The notes under the pieces: model-generated
What the model saw: the letters and a program-made list of their open reading frames with translations, nothing else
What the model was told of the DNA's origin: nothing
Databases searched by the model: none
DNA from: an uncultured Bacteroidales bacterium
GTDB taxonomy: Bacteria > Bacteroidota > Bacteroidia > Bacteroidales > VadinHA17
Direction of reading: 5' to 3'
Assembly (NCBI GenBank): GCA_963828395.1
Contig: CAWHED010000010.1
Coordinates: 2,355 to 66,354 of the forward strand
Length of the DNA stretch: 64,000 nucleotides
Shown: one piece after another, positions 10,374-24,310 of the stretch
How positions within the stretch are numbered: the stretch's first letter is position 1
How the letters are laid out: each line of letters opens with the position of its first letter
Made by a program: the position numbers and the translations under genes

Positions 10374-11567
10374 TCAAAACCGAATCCCCAGAACAAGAAT
10401 GTCATCTGTCTGAACTAAATCACCTTTCCACTGATTAAGTTCTTTTATAAGGATTTCCTTTTGCTGGATCATAGTTTTGTTTTGATTTCCAAGAAGTATT
10501 CCTTTTAGATGTTTGATCATAAAACGTTTGTTTTTGGGTCCACCAAATTGATCAATTATCCCATCAGAAAACAGATAAATCGTGTCGTTATTTTCAATAT
10601 CTATTTCATGAATTGTAAATTTCCCGGTTACGTCATAAAATCCTATTGGAATTCTGTCTGCTTTTATATCAAAGATTTCGGCTTTATGTAAAAAAATTAG
10701 TGGACTAAAAGAACCGGAGTACTGAAGCTTTTTCGATACGGAATCATAACAGATGACTGAACCTTCAATTCCATCTCTAAATTTATCGATCCCCTTTTTT
10801 TGCCCGAGAGCCCTGATGATCTTGTGACGAAGACTTTCAAGAATTTTATCAGGTTGTAAAATATGATCATGTAAGACAATTTCATTTAATAACGTAATTC
10901 CCATAATACTCATGAGGGCTCCCGGTACTCCATGTCCCGTACAATCCATAATGGCGATTAAAAATTTCTTGCCAACTTTATATAACCGGTAAAAATCACC
11001 GCTGAGAATATCTTTTGGAAGGTTTACAATAAAATGTTCCGGTAAGTATTTTAAGTTTTTTTCTGATATGCTTATAATAGCATTTTGAATATATTTGCCA
11101 TACTCAATGCTTTTACTGATATTTTTGTTTCGTTCCTCAATTTCGTACAGATAATGATTAATCTGTTCCTGTGATTTTTTAATATTTATTTGTGTTCTGA
11201 TTCTGATCAGTAATTCACTTTTTATGAAGGGTTTTGCAATATAGTCTACTGCACCAGTCTCAAATCCCCTGATGATACTCCCGGAATCTGTTTTTGCGGT
11301 AATAAAAATGATGGGAATCTCATTATATGCAGAGTTTTTCCTGATTTGGGAACATACCTCAAATCCATCTATGCCGTGCATCATGATGTCAAGGAGAATA
11401 AGGTCAAATTTTTGCTTCTCCAACCAACTTAGTGCAGAAATACCATCAAGAGCAAATTCGACAATCATTCTCTCCTTCTGTAAAAACGATCCCAGAATCT
11501 GAAGATTTTTTAGATTATCGTCGACAATTAAAACTGATGGCAGATTTAAAACATATTCTTGGTTCAT
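10374..11567 (-). CDS. response regulator with a PP2C/SpoIIE-type phosphatase output domain
   Basis: Receiver motifs 'VLIVDDNLKN' and 'DLILLDIMMHGIDGFEV'. The C-terminal half 'SGDFYRLY...MDCTGHGVPGALMS...DGIIDQFGG...DDILVLGIRF' is a SpoIIE/RsbU-like fold. Confidence 0.85.
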   Translation of the reverse strand: MNQEYVLNLPSVLIVDDNLKNLQILGSFLQKERMIVEFALDGISALSWLEKQKFDLILLDIMMHGIDGFEVCSQIRKNSAYNEIPIIFITAKTDSGSIIRGFETGAVDYIAKPFIKSELLIRIRTQINIKKSQEQINHYLYEIEERNKNISKSIEYGKYIQNAIISISEKNLKYLPEHFIVNLPKDILSGDFYRLYKVGKKFLIAIMDCTGHGVPGALMSIMGITLLNEIVLHDHILQPDKILESLRHKIIRALGQKKGIDKFRDGIEGSVICYDSVSKKLQYSGSFSPLIFLHKAEIFDIKADRIPIGFYDVTGKFTIHEIDIENNDTIYLFSDGIIDQFGGPKNKRFMIKHLKGILLGNQNKTMIQQKEILIKELNQWKGDLVQTDDILVLGIRF

Positions 11568-11609
11568 CAGAGAGTTTTAGAATTTCTCAAGTAATGTTTC
11601 TATTGTCTT

Positions 11610-12798
11610 TCATTCCACAATAGTTTTTTGAAACAATAGCTTTACAGAAGCGCCACCTGCAGGATTATTGCCAATAATTATATTCCCGCCATGTGCTTCC
11701 ATGATCATTCTGGCAATAGGGATACCTATCCCGGTAAAATTATCTTTGCACGCATTGCCCATAGTAAATAGTTCAAATAAATGGTCAATAGCTCCTATTG
11801 CGAATCCTGGTCCATTATCTTTAATTTCACATATAATAGCTTGATTTTCAACATAAGTGTTGATTTCAATGGTACCGTCTTGCGGAGAAAAAAGTATTGC
11901 ATTATCGAGTATATGGCAAATACATTTTTTTATCAGTTCGGCTTCACCAGGAATTAAATACCGGGTTATTTCATCGTTTCTTTTAATCTGAATATTTCCT
12001 GATTGAAATTTTTCCTTTACCTTTTCTATAACTTCATTAATCAGGTTTGAGAGATGAATTCTATCTTTTCTTATTTCCAACTGTTTTGTTTTAAGTCTTG
12101 TAATCAGAAGGGCATTTATGGCAAACCTCTCCAGTCTTTTGACAGACATATCAAGGATGTCAACCAGTTCACTTATCTGACCGGTAGAAACAACCTCTTT
12201 TAGTAGCTCCAATGGACCAATTATCCCGTTAAGTGGCGTACGGATCTCATGGCTGATCAGGTTCAGGAATTCTGTCTTTGCCCTGTCGAGATCGAGCAAT
12301 TTGAGGTTTGTGGCCTCCAGCATACTATTTGCTTCTTTCAGTTGTTGCGTTCGTTCAAGTACTTTTTCTTCGAGTGATTTGTTAAGCTTTTCCAGTTTTT
12401 CAAGACTATCTTTCAGGACAAGATGCGTCCTGACTCTTACAAGCAGTTCCCTGCTATCGAATGGTTTGGTAAGGTAATCCTGCGCCCCAAGTTCTAATCC
12501 CTTTAAAATGCTTTCTCTATCGGACTCTGCCGATAGAAAAATAACAGGAACTTTATTCATATCAGGGTTTGAACGTATTTTGCTGCATACTTCAAATCCA
12601 TTCATGCCGGGCATGTTTATATCAAGTAATATTAGATCGAATTGCCTGATATTCAGCCACTCCAGGGCTGCCTGGCCGTTGATGGCAAATTCGATTTCAT
12701 ACTTGTTTTTCTGTAATAATTTACCTAATACCTGAACATTCTGAAGATTATCATCAACAATCAGAATTGCAGGGGAAACTGATTGTGTAATATCCAGA

Positions 12799-12806
<8 letters not shown>
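11610..12806 (-). CDS. receiver-histidine kinase fusion protein
   Basis: Receiver 'ILIVDDNLQN...DLILLDINMPGMNGFEV', then a coiled coil, H-box 'ISHEIRTPLNGI' and HATPase 'DNGPGF...GIGIPIARMI'. The likely ATG is at 12806 ('MTSLDITQ'). The ORF track extends to 12863. Confidence 0.85.
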
Positions 12807-16534
<3,728 letters not shown>

Positions 16535-16542
16535 ATTTTCTG

Positions 16543-16839
16543 TTACAATTGAATTCCGTCAGGCGTATCAGCTTTTCCCGACATTTCGGCGATCACAATA
16601 TTAATATTCTTAAGATCGTAAGCTTTGCGTAGAAAATAATCAGATCCTGCCTCAAGACACCTCTTTTTATATTGAGGATAAGGGTAACTTGTTAGCATAC
16701 AGGTTTTAACTTCCATTTTCAACTTCCTGATTTTTTTCAATATTTCGATGCCATTCATTTCCGGCATCCCGATATCAATAGTTATACTTTTAATTCTATC
16801 TCTCCATTGAGAGGAATCATCTGCAATAACAATTTTCAT
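16543..16839 (-). CDS. degenerate single-domain receiver protein with an apparent internal deletion
   Basis: 98 aa. 'MKIVIADDS' and 'DIGMPEMNGIEILKKIR' lie only about 20 residues apart, versus about 50 in normal receivers. The beta2/alpha2 region appears to be missing. Confidence 0.55.
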   Translation of the reverse strand: MKIVIADDSSQWRDRIKSITIDIGMPEMNGIEILKKIRKLKMEVKTCMLTSYPYPQYKKRCLEAGSDYFLRKAYDLKNINIVIAEMSGKADTPDGIQL

Positions 16840-17110
16840 ATACAGTTTTTTTTTATCAGGTCAGGGGTCATTATATTTTAATGTTTCCCCAAGAAGTAAA
16901 TATTTTTACAGCAGATTACCTAAAGGTATAAAGATTTAACCTATTCGGGTGTAAAAGAAATGATAATTTTGTGTAAGGGATTCAACTATAAAACCACAAC
17001 CTGAACTGATCTGGCCGCTGGTCGGGATTTCGACACGGTTAATGGAAATGTCAATAGAGGTTATTCTGGAAATCCAATTTAAATTTTATCAAAGCAAACT
17101 TCCCTTATTT

Positions 17111-17250
17111 CCGGGAGTTGAGCCGGGAGTTGAGCCGGGAGTGAGCCGGGAGTTGAGCCGGGAGTTGAGCCGGGAGTTGAGCCGGGAGTTGACCGGGAGT
17201 TGAGCGGGAATTGAGCCGGGAGTTGAGCCGGGAGTTGAGCTGGGAATTAG
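17111..17250. repeat. 12-bp GC-rich minisatellite (CCGGGAGTTGAG), about 11 copies, non-coding
   Basis: The tandem copies are visible directly. Several carry 1-nt indels (CCGGGAGTGAG, CCGGGAGTTGA-, GCGGGAATTGAG), so no reading frame is maintained. Confidence 0.95.
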
Positions 17251-17265
17251 GTAATTACGAGATTT

Positions 17266-17499
17266 TTACTCTATAAGAATATTCTTTATGGCATAATTTG
17301 AGAGGGATGCATTTTTCTTCATACCCATCTTTTCGAGGATACGGGGCCGATATGTGCTGACAGTTTTATCTGACATAAAAGTTTCTTTAGCAATTTCGGT
17401 AACAGATTTCCCTTTTGCTAACATTGACATTACCTGAAATTCACTTTCCGAAAGTATTTCCTGAGGCTTACAAGTATAATTTAAGTTAGTACTTTTAGT
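17266..17499 (-). pseudogene. orphan LuxR/GerE-type HTH fragment, a remnant of a NarL-family response regulator
   Basis: The minus-strand translation is 'PQEILSESEFQVMSMLAKGKSVTEIAKETFMSDKTVSTYRPRILEKMGMKKNASLSNYAIKNILIE*'. An in-frame TAG lies at 17500-17502. No ATG, GTG or TTG precedes helix 1, and no receiver domain lies upstream. Confidence 0.65.
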
Positions 17500-17551
17500 C
17501 TAGTTTCTTAAGGGCGCAGAAAAACTCCATTGCACCTTTTACATTTTTTTT

Positions 17552-17559
17552 TATTTTTG
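17552..17559 (+). promoter_or_regulatory. candidate Bacteroidota -7 box upstream of exbB
   Basis: TATTTTTG matches TAnnTTTG and lies 29 nt upstream of the ATG at 17588. Confidence 0.3.
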
Positions 17560-17587
17560 TTGAGATTTCCATAAATAACCGACATAA

Positions 17588-18364
17588 ATGAAAAGAGTTT
17601 TCCTTCTTATGGTTTTTGCAGCCCTGCTCGTGATGGGCACCACACAGACCTCACAGGCACAGACAGACCAGACTGCAACTACAACCCAGCAACTTACCGA
17701 ACAGACACAAACAACACCCGTCCAGGGCGAAAAAGTCCTCCATAAAGAGATCAAAAGACTCTTCATTGAGGGCGGTGCAGGGTTTATGTCTTCTATCCTT
17801 CTCTGTCTGATCATAGGCCTTGCCATTGTTATTGAGAGGATTATCTACCTTAACCTGGCCACCACGAACACTGATAAACTGCTGGCAAAGATTGACAAAG
17901 CACTGCAGGAAAAGGATATAAACACTGCTAAGGAAGTATGCCGTAACACCAGGGGACCGGTGGCAAGTATCTTCTACCAGGGCCTTGACAGATCCCATGA
18001 AGGGGTTGAAATGGCAGAAAAATCAGTCGTTGCCTACGGTGGCGTTCAGGCAGGTCTTCTCGAGAAGAACCTCTCATGGATATCGCTCTTCATTGCTCTT
18101 GCTCCAATGCTCGGGTTCCTCGGAACAGTTATCGGTATGATCCAGGCTTTCGATGCCATTGAACAGGCAGGAACAGTTTCTGCCACCATCGTTGCCGGCG
18201 GTATCAAGGTCGCCCTTATTACGACTGTGTTCGGTCTTGTGGTTGCAATAATCCTGCAGATTTTCTACAATTACATCCTCTCAAAAATCGATTCCATTTC
18301 AAACCAGATGGAAGATTCTTCGATCGCGCTTATAGATATGCTGGCCAGATACACTCAAAAATAA
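17588..18364 (+). CDS. exbB: MotA/TolQ/ExbB proton-channel family protein
   Basis: 258 aa with a signal-like N-terminus. C-terminal TM pair 'LAPMLGFLGTVIGMIQAF...TTVFGLVVAI'. Confidence 0.9.
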   Translation: MKRVFLLMVFAALLVMGTTQTSQAQTDQTATTTQQLTEQTQTTPVQGEKVLHKEIKRLFIEGGAGFMSSILLCLIIGLAIVIERIIYLNLATTNTDKLLAKIDKALQEKDINTAKEVCRNTRGPVASIFYQGLDRSHEGVEMAEKSVVAYGGVQAGLLEKNLSWISLFIALAPMLGFLGTVIGMIQAFDAIEQAGTVSATIVAGGIKVALITTVFGLVVAIILQIFYNYILSKIDSISNQMEDSSIALIDMLARYTQK

Positions 18365-18370
18365 CCTGTC

Positions 18371-18832
18371 ATGTCGGCAAAAATAAATAAGCTAATATTG
18401 ATCCTGCTGTGGGTCCTGATGGGCCTTACAGCGATCTTCGTCCTGATCTTCTTCATCGGAGGAGTGGTCCCGGGCACTGAAGGGACAAGATATGAAGAGC
18501 CGCGAATAACCAACTCTTTCATCATTTATGCATATATATTATTAGGTATAGCCGTTTTCATTACCCTCTTCTTTACTGTCAGGAATTTTGTGCTTAATCC
18601 TAAAAGTCTCAGGCTTTCCCTTATTGCACTGGCCATTGGTGTCGTTCTTATAGGTATCGCAGCATTACTGGCTGATAACACTGTCCTCGACCTGCCTCAT
18701 TATAAGGGCAAGGACAATGTACCACGCACGCTATTTCTGACTGACATAGGACTCTTCGTTGCCTACTTCCTGTTTGTCCTTTCCTTCCTGGCAATAATCT
18801 ATTCAGTGATATCCAGGTATTTCAAAAAATAA
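18371..18832 (+). CDS. hypothetical polytopic membrane protein between exbB and exbD
   Basis: 153 aa with four hydrophobic segments. It is tightly packed in the operon, 6 nt after exbB. Confidence 0.6.
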   Translation: MSAKINKLILILLWVLMGLTAIFVLIFFIGGVVPGTEGTRYEEPRITNSFIIYAYILLGIAVFITLFFTVRNFVLNPKSLRLSLIALAIGVVLIGIAALLADNTVLDLPHYKGKDNVPRTLFLTDIGLFVAYFLFVLSFLAIIYSVISRYFKK

Positions 18833-18871
18833 CCAAAACATCACCCAGGTAAGGATTAAAAGATATATCAG

Positions 18872-19456
18872 ATGGCAAGAAAAAGAAGGCAAGTACCGGA
18901 GATTAATGCGAGCTCGATGGCTGACATTGCGTTCCTCCTTCTTATATTTTTCCTGGCTGTTACAACAATGGACACAGATACGGGACTAATGCGTCAACTG
19001 CCAGCAATCCCGGATCCCAATGTACCACAGGATGTCAATAAGATCAACGACAGGAATATCCTTGAGGTGAAAGTCAACAAAGACAACCTGTTACTGGTAG
19101 AGGGAGAACTGACTGAATTCAGCCAGTTGAGGGAGATTGCGAGCAGGTTTATTGTAAACGCTACCAATCAGCCTAATATGCCTGAAAAAGAGATAGTTAA
19201 TATTCCCTATTTCGGCAGCGTGCCGGTGACAAAGGCGGTAATCTCACTGCAGAATGATATCGGAACAAAGTACGGGGTTTATATTGCAGTACAAAATGAG
19301 CTTATTGCTGCAAGGTCAAAACTACGTGAGGACCTTGCCAGGGAGCAATTCGGAATGTCTTATGAAAAACTTGGTGAGGATAGAAAAAGCGCCGTTGATG
19401 AGTTCTATAAGGTGCCTATCTCAGAGGCTGAACCAAAAAGGATAGGAGAAAAATAA
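18872..19456 (+). CDS. exbD: ExbD/TolR biopolymer transport protein
   Basis: 'EINASSMADIAFLLLIFFL' is the typical ExbD N-terminal TM segment; 194 aa. Confidence 0.85.
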   Translation: MARKRRQVPEINASSMADIAFLLLIFFLAVTTMDTDTGLMRQLPAIPDPNVPQDVNKINDRNILEVKVNKDNLLLVEGELTEFSQLREIASRFIVNATNQPNMPEKEIVNIPYFGSVPVTKAVISLQNDIGTKYGVYIAVQNELIAARSKLREDLAREQFGMSYEKLGEDRKSAVDEFYKVPISEAEPKRIGEK

Positions 19457-19457
19457 A

Positions 19458-19941
19458 ATGGCCAGGTTCATTAAAACAGGTGAAAAATCAGTGAAGGCGA
19501 TCAGCACCGCCTCTCTCCCTGATATAGTATTCATAACACTCTTTTTCTTCATGGCTATCACTACGATGCGTGAGACAGATGTAATGGTAAAAGTACGCCT
19601 GCCTGAAGCCACTGAAGGAAAGGTGCTTGAGAAAAAGTCGCTGGCCAGCTTTATATACATCGGTGAGCCCCTCAGCAAACTTACAGACATTGTACGGGAC
19701 GGAGCCTAAGATACAGCTCAATGATACCTTCAGGGAGATAAATGATATCCAGGATTTCATTGCCCAGGAACGTGAACAGCTCAGCGAAGCTGACAAAACA
19801 AAGATGCTCGTGGTGCTAAAGATCGACAAGGACGCCCGGATGGGTATTGTCACTGAAGTAAAACAGGCTCTGCGCCGGGCCAGCGCCCTGAAGATAATGT
19901 ATGCCGACGTCAACGTTGACAGGATAACATTTTCACAATAG
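19458..19941 (+). pseudogene. second ExbD/TolR paralogue with one frame break
   Basis: ORF 19458-19709 ('ISTASLPDIVFITLFFFM...') and ORF 19627-19941 ('...TEPKIQLNDTF...VVLKIDKDARMGIVTEVKQAL') are the two halves of one ExbD. The frames switch between about 19660 and 19700. Confidence 0.75.
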
Positions 19942-19970
19942 CAAACTTCACCAGAGGAAAATGTAGCTTT

Positions 19971-21413
19971 ATGTCTTCCGCGCCCTTAACCTCTGAAGGT
20001 GACCCTAAGAACACGGGTAAAAACAACAAGGTTCCTAAACGATATCTCCTTTTTCTTCTGGCAACTATTTTTATTGCTTCATTACTTACAATAGTCAACC
20101 ACTACAACATTCTCAGTATCAGCAATACAGTCTTACTGATTTCCAGGTTGATTGCAATAGCCGTAATAGTTGGTTATGCCTTGTATAAAAAATCTCTCAC
20201 CACCTGGATACTGATAAGTATGATCCTTGGTGCTGAATTCGGACATGATCTGCCACAAATAGCTGTCAAAATGCAGGTTGTAAGTATGATCTTCCTGCGC
20301 CTGATTAAAACTATTATTGCTCCCCTGCTCTTTGCCACACTGGTGGTCGGAATAGCCGGTCATTCCAACCTGAAACAGGTAGGAAGAATGGGATGGAAAT
20401 CGCTGGTTTATTTTGAAATTGTTTCGACACTTGCCCTCTTCATCGGATTGCTTGCAATTAATATCAGCAAGGCAGGTATCGGGGTAAAAGTTCCGGAGGC
20501 TGTCAACCAGGTTGATATTCCGGCAGCTACAGTGACAAAAGGCACTGATCTGATCCTCCACATATTCCCGGAGAATATAGCAAAAGCCATCTATGAGGGA
20601 CAGGTTTTACAAATCGTTGTGTTCAGCATTATTTTCGGAATAGCTGTGGCAATGATCAAGGATAAATATAAAAACCCGATGATCAGGTTTACAGAAGCAC
20701 TTGCCGAGACGATGTTCAAGTTCACACAGCTGATAATGTATTTTGCTCCTTTTGCAGTGTTTGCAGCAATTGCTTACAGCACTGGTCACATGGGTCTCGA
20801 TATACTTTATAATTTGCTTAAACTTCTTGCCACCCTATATGTTTCTCTGATCATCTTCCTGCTACTGGTGCTCCTTCCGGTAGCACTATTATTCAGAATC
20901 CCGGTAAAGAAATTTATTAAAGCAATCTCCGAACCTGTCGTTATAGCATTCTCCACAACCAGTTCTGAAGCAGCCCTGCCCATTGCGATGGAACGCATGG
21001 AAGAGTTTGGTGTTCCGCGTAAGATAGTTGCCTTTGTAATGCCTACCGGATACAGTTTTAATCTGGATGGAACAACACTGTATCTTTCACTTGCGACCAT
21101 TTTTCTTGCACAGATATCCGGCATTGATCTTCCAATTGAAAAACAGCTCCTGATAGTTTTTACTCTGATGCTGACAAGCAAGGGAGTTGCCGGTGTACCC
21201 CGGGCATCACTGGTGATCCTGCTTGGGACTGCTGCAAGTTTCGGGCTTCCGACCTGGCCAATTTATATTATCCTGGGCATTGATGAATTAATGGACATGG
21301 CCCGGACATCAGTAAACGTACTGGGCAATTGCCTTGCGACTGCTGTTATAGCCCGCTGGGAAGGTGAACTTAATCTGCAGCAAGAACCTGACAGTAAATT
21401 AAAACCGCTGTAA
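19971..21413 (+). CDS. dicarboxylate/amino acid:cation symporter (DAACS/GltP family)
   Basis: 480 aa; 'FLRLIKTIIAPLLFATLVVGIAG', 'SSEAALP', 'PTGYSFNLDGT', 'DMARTSVNVLGN'. Confidence 0.9.
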   Translation: MSSAPLTSEGDPKNTGKNNKVPKRYLLFLLATIFIASLLTIVNHYNILSISNTVLLISRLIAIAVIVGYALYKKSLTTWILISMILGAEFGHDLPQIAVKMQVVSMIFLRLIKTIIAPLLFATLVVGIAGHSNLKQVGRMGWKSLVYFEIVSTLALFIGLLAINISKAGIGVKVPEAVNQVDIPAATVTKGTDLILHIFPENIAKAIYEGQVLQIVVFSIIFGIAVAMIKDKYKNPMIRFTEALAETMFKFTQLIMYFAPFAVFAAIAYSTGHMGLDILYNLLKLLATLYVSLIIFLLLVLLPVALLFRIPVKKFIKAISEPVVIAFSTTSSEAALPIAMERMEEFGVPRKIVAFVMPTGYSFNLDGTTLYLSLATIFLAQISGIDLPIEKQLLIVFTLMLTSKGVAGVPRASLVILLGTAASFGLPTWPIYIILGIDELMDMARTSVNVLGNCLATAVIARWEGELNLQQEPDSKLKPL

Positions 21414-21437
21414 ATAAATTACTTACAGCGGCTATTG

Positions 21438-21510
21438 TGATCCCGGGGCGACTCGAACGCCCAACCAACAGAACCGGAATCTGTCATTCTATCCATTGAA
21501 CTACGGGACC
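21438..21510 (-). tRNA. tRNA-Arg (anticodon CCG)
   Basis: The reverse complement gives a 73-nt cloverleaf. Acceptor GGTCCCG/CGGGATC. Anticodon arm ACAGA-TTCCGGT-TCTGT. T-arm GGGCG-TTCGAGT-CGCCC. Discriminator A. Confidence 0.9.
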
Positions 21511-21651
21511 GTTACGCCTGCAAAAGTAACCCGACATCCGCACTTTTCAAAACTTATCCCGGAAATATGACGCGCTCATCCCTCTCTCCTGCGGTTTTTT
21601 TGCCAAAGTTTCCTAATTTTGCGACCCATAAGCCCAAACCTGAAAAAGGAA

Positions 21652-24310
21652 ATGAAGGATTACAATTTCAGCGAGATCGAAAAAAAATGGCAGGAGTACT
21701 GGGAACAGAACAAAACCTTCAGAACTACTGATGATATATCAAACCCCAGGAAGTTCTATGTCCTTGACATGTACCCCTACCCGTCAGGGGCAGGATTGCA
21801 TGTAGGGCACCCTGAGGGCTATACCGCTACAGACATAGTTGCACGTTACAAGCGTATGAAGGGCTTTAACGTCCTTCACCCCATGGGCTGGGATGCATTT
21901 GGTCTCCCTGCCGAACAGTATGCCATCCAGACAGGCACACACCCCTCTGTCACCACCCGGCAAAACTGCGACACCTTCCGCAGACAGATAAAGGAACTGG
22001 GACTGAGCTATGACTGGGAACGTGAGATAAATACCACAGACCCGGGATATGTCAAATGGACACAGTGGATCTTTATCAAGCTATATAACACCTGGTACGA
22101 TCCGCAGACCGACCGCGGGCGCGATATCAATGAGCTTCCCATCCCTCTCGATGTGCTTAAGGCCGGAGATGAGGCAAGAAAAAAATATATTGACTCAAAA
22201 CGACTGGCATATTATGACGATGCACAGATCTGGTACTGTCCGTCATGTCGTATCGTCTGCGCCAATGAAGAGGTGCTGAACGACGGAACGCATGAAAAAT
22301 GCGGTAACAGGGTGGTACGCCGAAATCTTAAGCAGTGGATGCTCCGCATCCCAACGTACGCCGAAAGACTGCTCAGCGGACTTGATGACCTCGACTGGCC
22401 GGAAGGCATCAAAGAGATGCAGCGTAACTGGATTGGACGGTCAACTGGCGCTGAGGTCGATTTTAAAGTCGATGGACAAGAAACCATTATAAGCGTCTAC
22501 ACCACCCGTCCTGACACTCTCTTCGGTGCTACATATATGGTTCTGGCCCCTGAACACCAGCTGGTTGCGAAATTAACAACCACCGGGAAGAGCAATGAGG
22601 TGGAAGCGTATATTGTCGCCGCATCGCTGAAGTCTGACCTCGACCGCACTGATCTCGCTAAGGAAAAATCCGGCGTATTCACCGGAGCATGGGCCGTCAA
22701 TCCTGTCAATAACAAAAAAATACCCGTATGGGTAGCCGATTATGTTCTGATGGGCTATGGCACAGGTGCGATCATGGCCGTGCCGGCTCATGACGAACGC
22801 GACTTTGAATTTGCCGAAAAATTCGGCCTGGAGATAAATTGCATCCTCTCCCCTGATGTCACTGACGAAGCACAGAAGCAGAGGATAATAGCCGGCAGGG
22901 AATGCTGGACAGGCGACGGTGAGTACATCAATTCATCATCCGCAGAGACGGGTATCACGCTCGACGGTCTGAACATGGAAGAAGGCATAAAAACCATCAC
23001 CGGCTGGATCGAACAAAGGAATATTGGCACGCACCGTGTCAACTACAAACTGCGTGACTGGCTCTTCAGCCGCCAGCGTTACTGGGGTGAGCCGTTCCCT
23101 GTCATTCACTGGGATGACGGCCGTATTACACTCCTCGATGAGAGTGAGCTGCCCCTTAATCTACCTGACCTTGAGGTGTATGAACCGGGTGAGAACGGGG
23201 AATCACCTCTGTCAAACGCTGCCGGATGGCTGTATGTCACTGACAAAGATGGCCGCCGGGGAAGACGCGAGACGAATACCATGCCACAGTGGGCAGGCTC
23301 ATGCTGGTACTACCTCCGGTTCATCGACCCGAAAAACGACAAAGTTATCTTTGATAAAGCCAGAGAAAAGTACTGGATGCCAGTCGACCTCTATATCGGA
23401 GGAGCTGAACATGCAGTGCTGCATCTCCTTTACAGCCGCTTCTGGCATAAGGTGCTCTTTGACCTGGGGATAGCTTCAACCGATGAGCCCTTCGCCAAGC
23501 TGTTCAACCAGGGCATGATACTGGCTTTTGCGTACGAGACAACGACAGGCGCCAAGGTGTCATCGGACCAGATCACCGAACGCGACGGCCAGTATTTCAA
23601 TAAGGAAACAGGCGAGGAGCTCAGACAGATTGTGGCCAAAATGTCAAAGAGTCTCAAAAATGTCATCAATCCCGACGATGTGATCAAAAACTATGGAGCC
23701 GAACTCTCTGCGCCTCTATGAGATGTTCCTGGGTCCGCTCGAAGCCACAAAGCCGTGGGACGAAAAGGGCGTCAAGGGAGTGCTCGGTTTTCTCTCAAGG
23801 GCATACCGTCTGATAGCAAACAGAGAGAATATTATTGACGGAGATGAAGACCCCGAGATACTCAGGGCGCTTCACCAGACCATAAAAAAGGTGACAGACG
23901 ATATTGAAAATCTGCACTTCAACACAGCCGTTTCAGCAATGATGATATTCCTGAATACTGCAATGAAAAAGGGAAAGATCACCCGTGAGACAGCTTCGGT
24001 TTTCATAAAGATCCTGTCGCCATTTGCTCCTCACCTCGGAGAGGAGCTCTGGCATCTCACAGGAAATAAAAATACGCTGGCGTACGAGCACTGGCCGCAG
24101 TTTGAGGAGAAATATCTTAAGACCGATACCTTTGAATGTCCCGTGTCAGTCAATGGGAAAATGAGGTTTAAAATCGAACTCCCCGTTGATTTGCCCGTAG
24201 AAGAGGTTAAAAGAATTGTGATGTCGGACGAAAGGGCAATCAGGTGGATCGGCACTGCCACACCAAAAATAATCGTAGTTCCCAACCGTATTGTAAATAT
24301 TGTTGTATGA
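21652..24310 (+). pseudogene. leuS: leucine--tRNA ligase with a 1-nt frame break, probably a sequence error
   Basis: ORFs 21619-23721 and 23693-24310 together give a complete LeuRS ('[16 protein letters not shown]', 'KMSKSLKN'). The join is 'NYGA|(D)[12 protein letters not shown]', with a surplus base in 'gccgaactct' near 23701-23703. The likely ATG is at 21652 ('[14 protein letters not shown]'). Confidence 0.9.
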
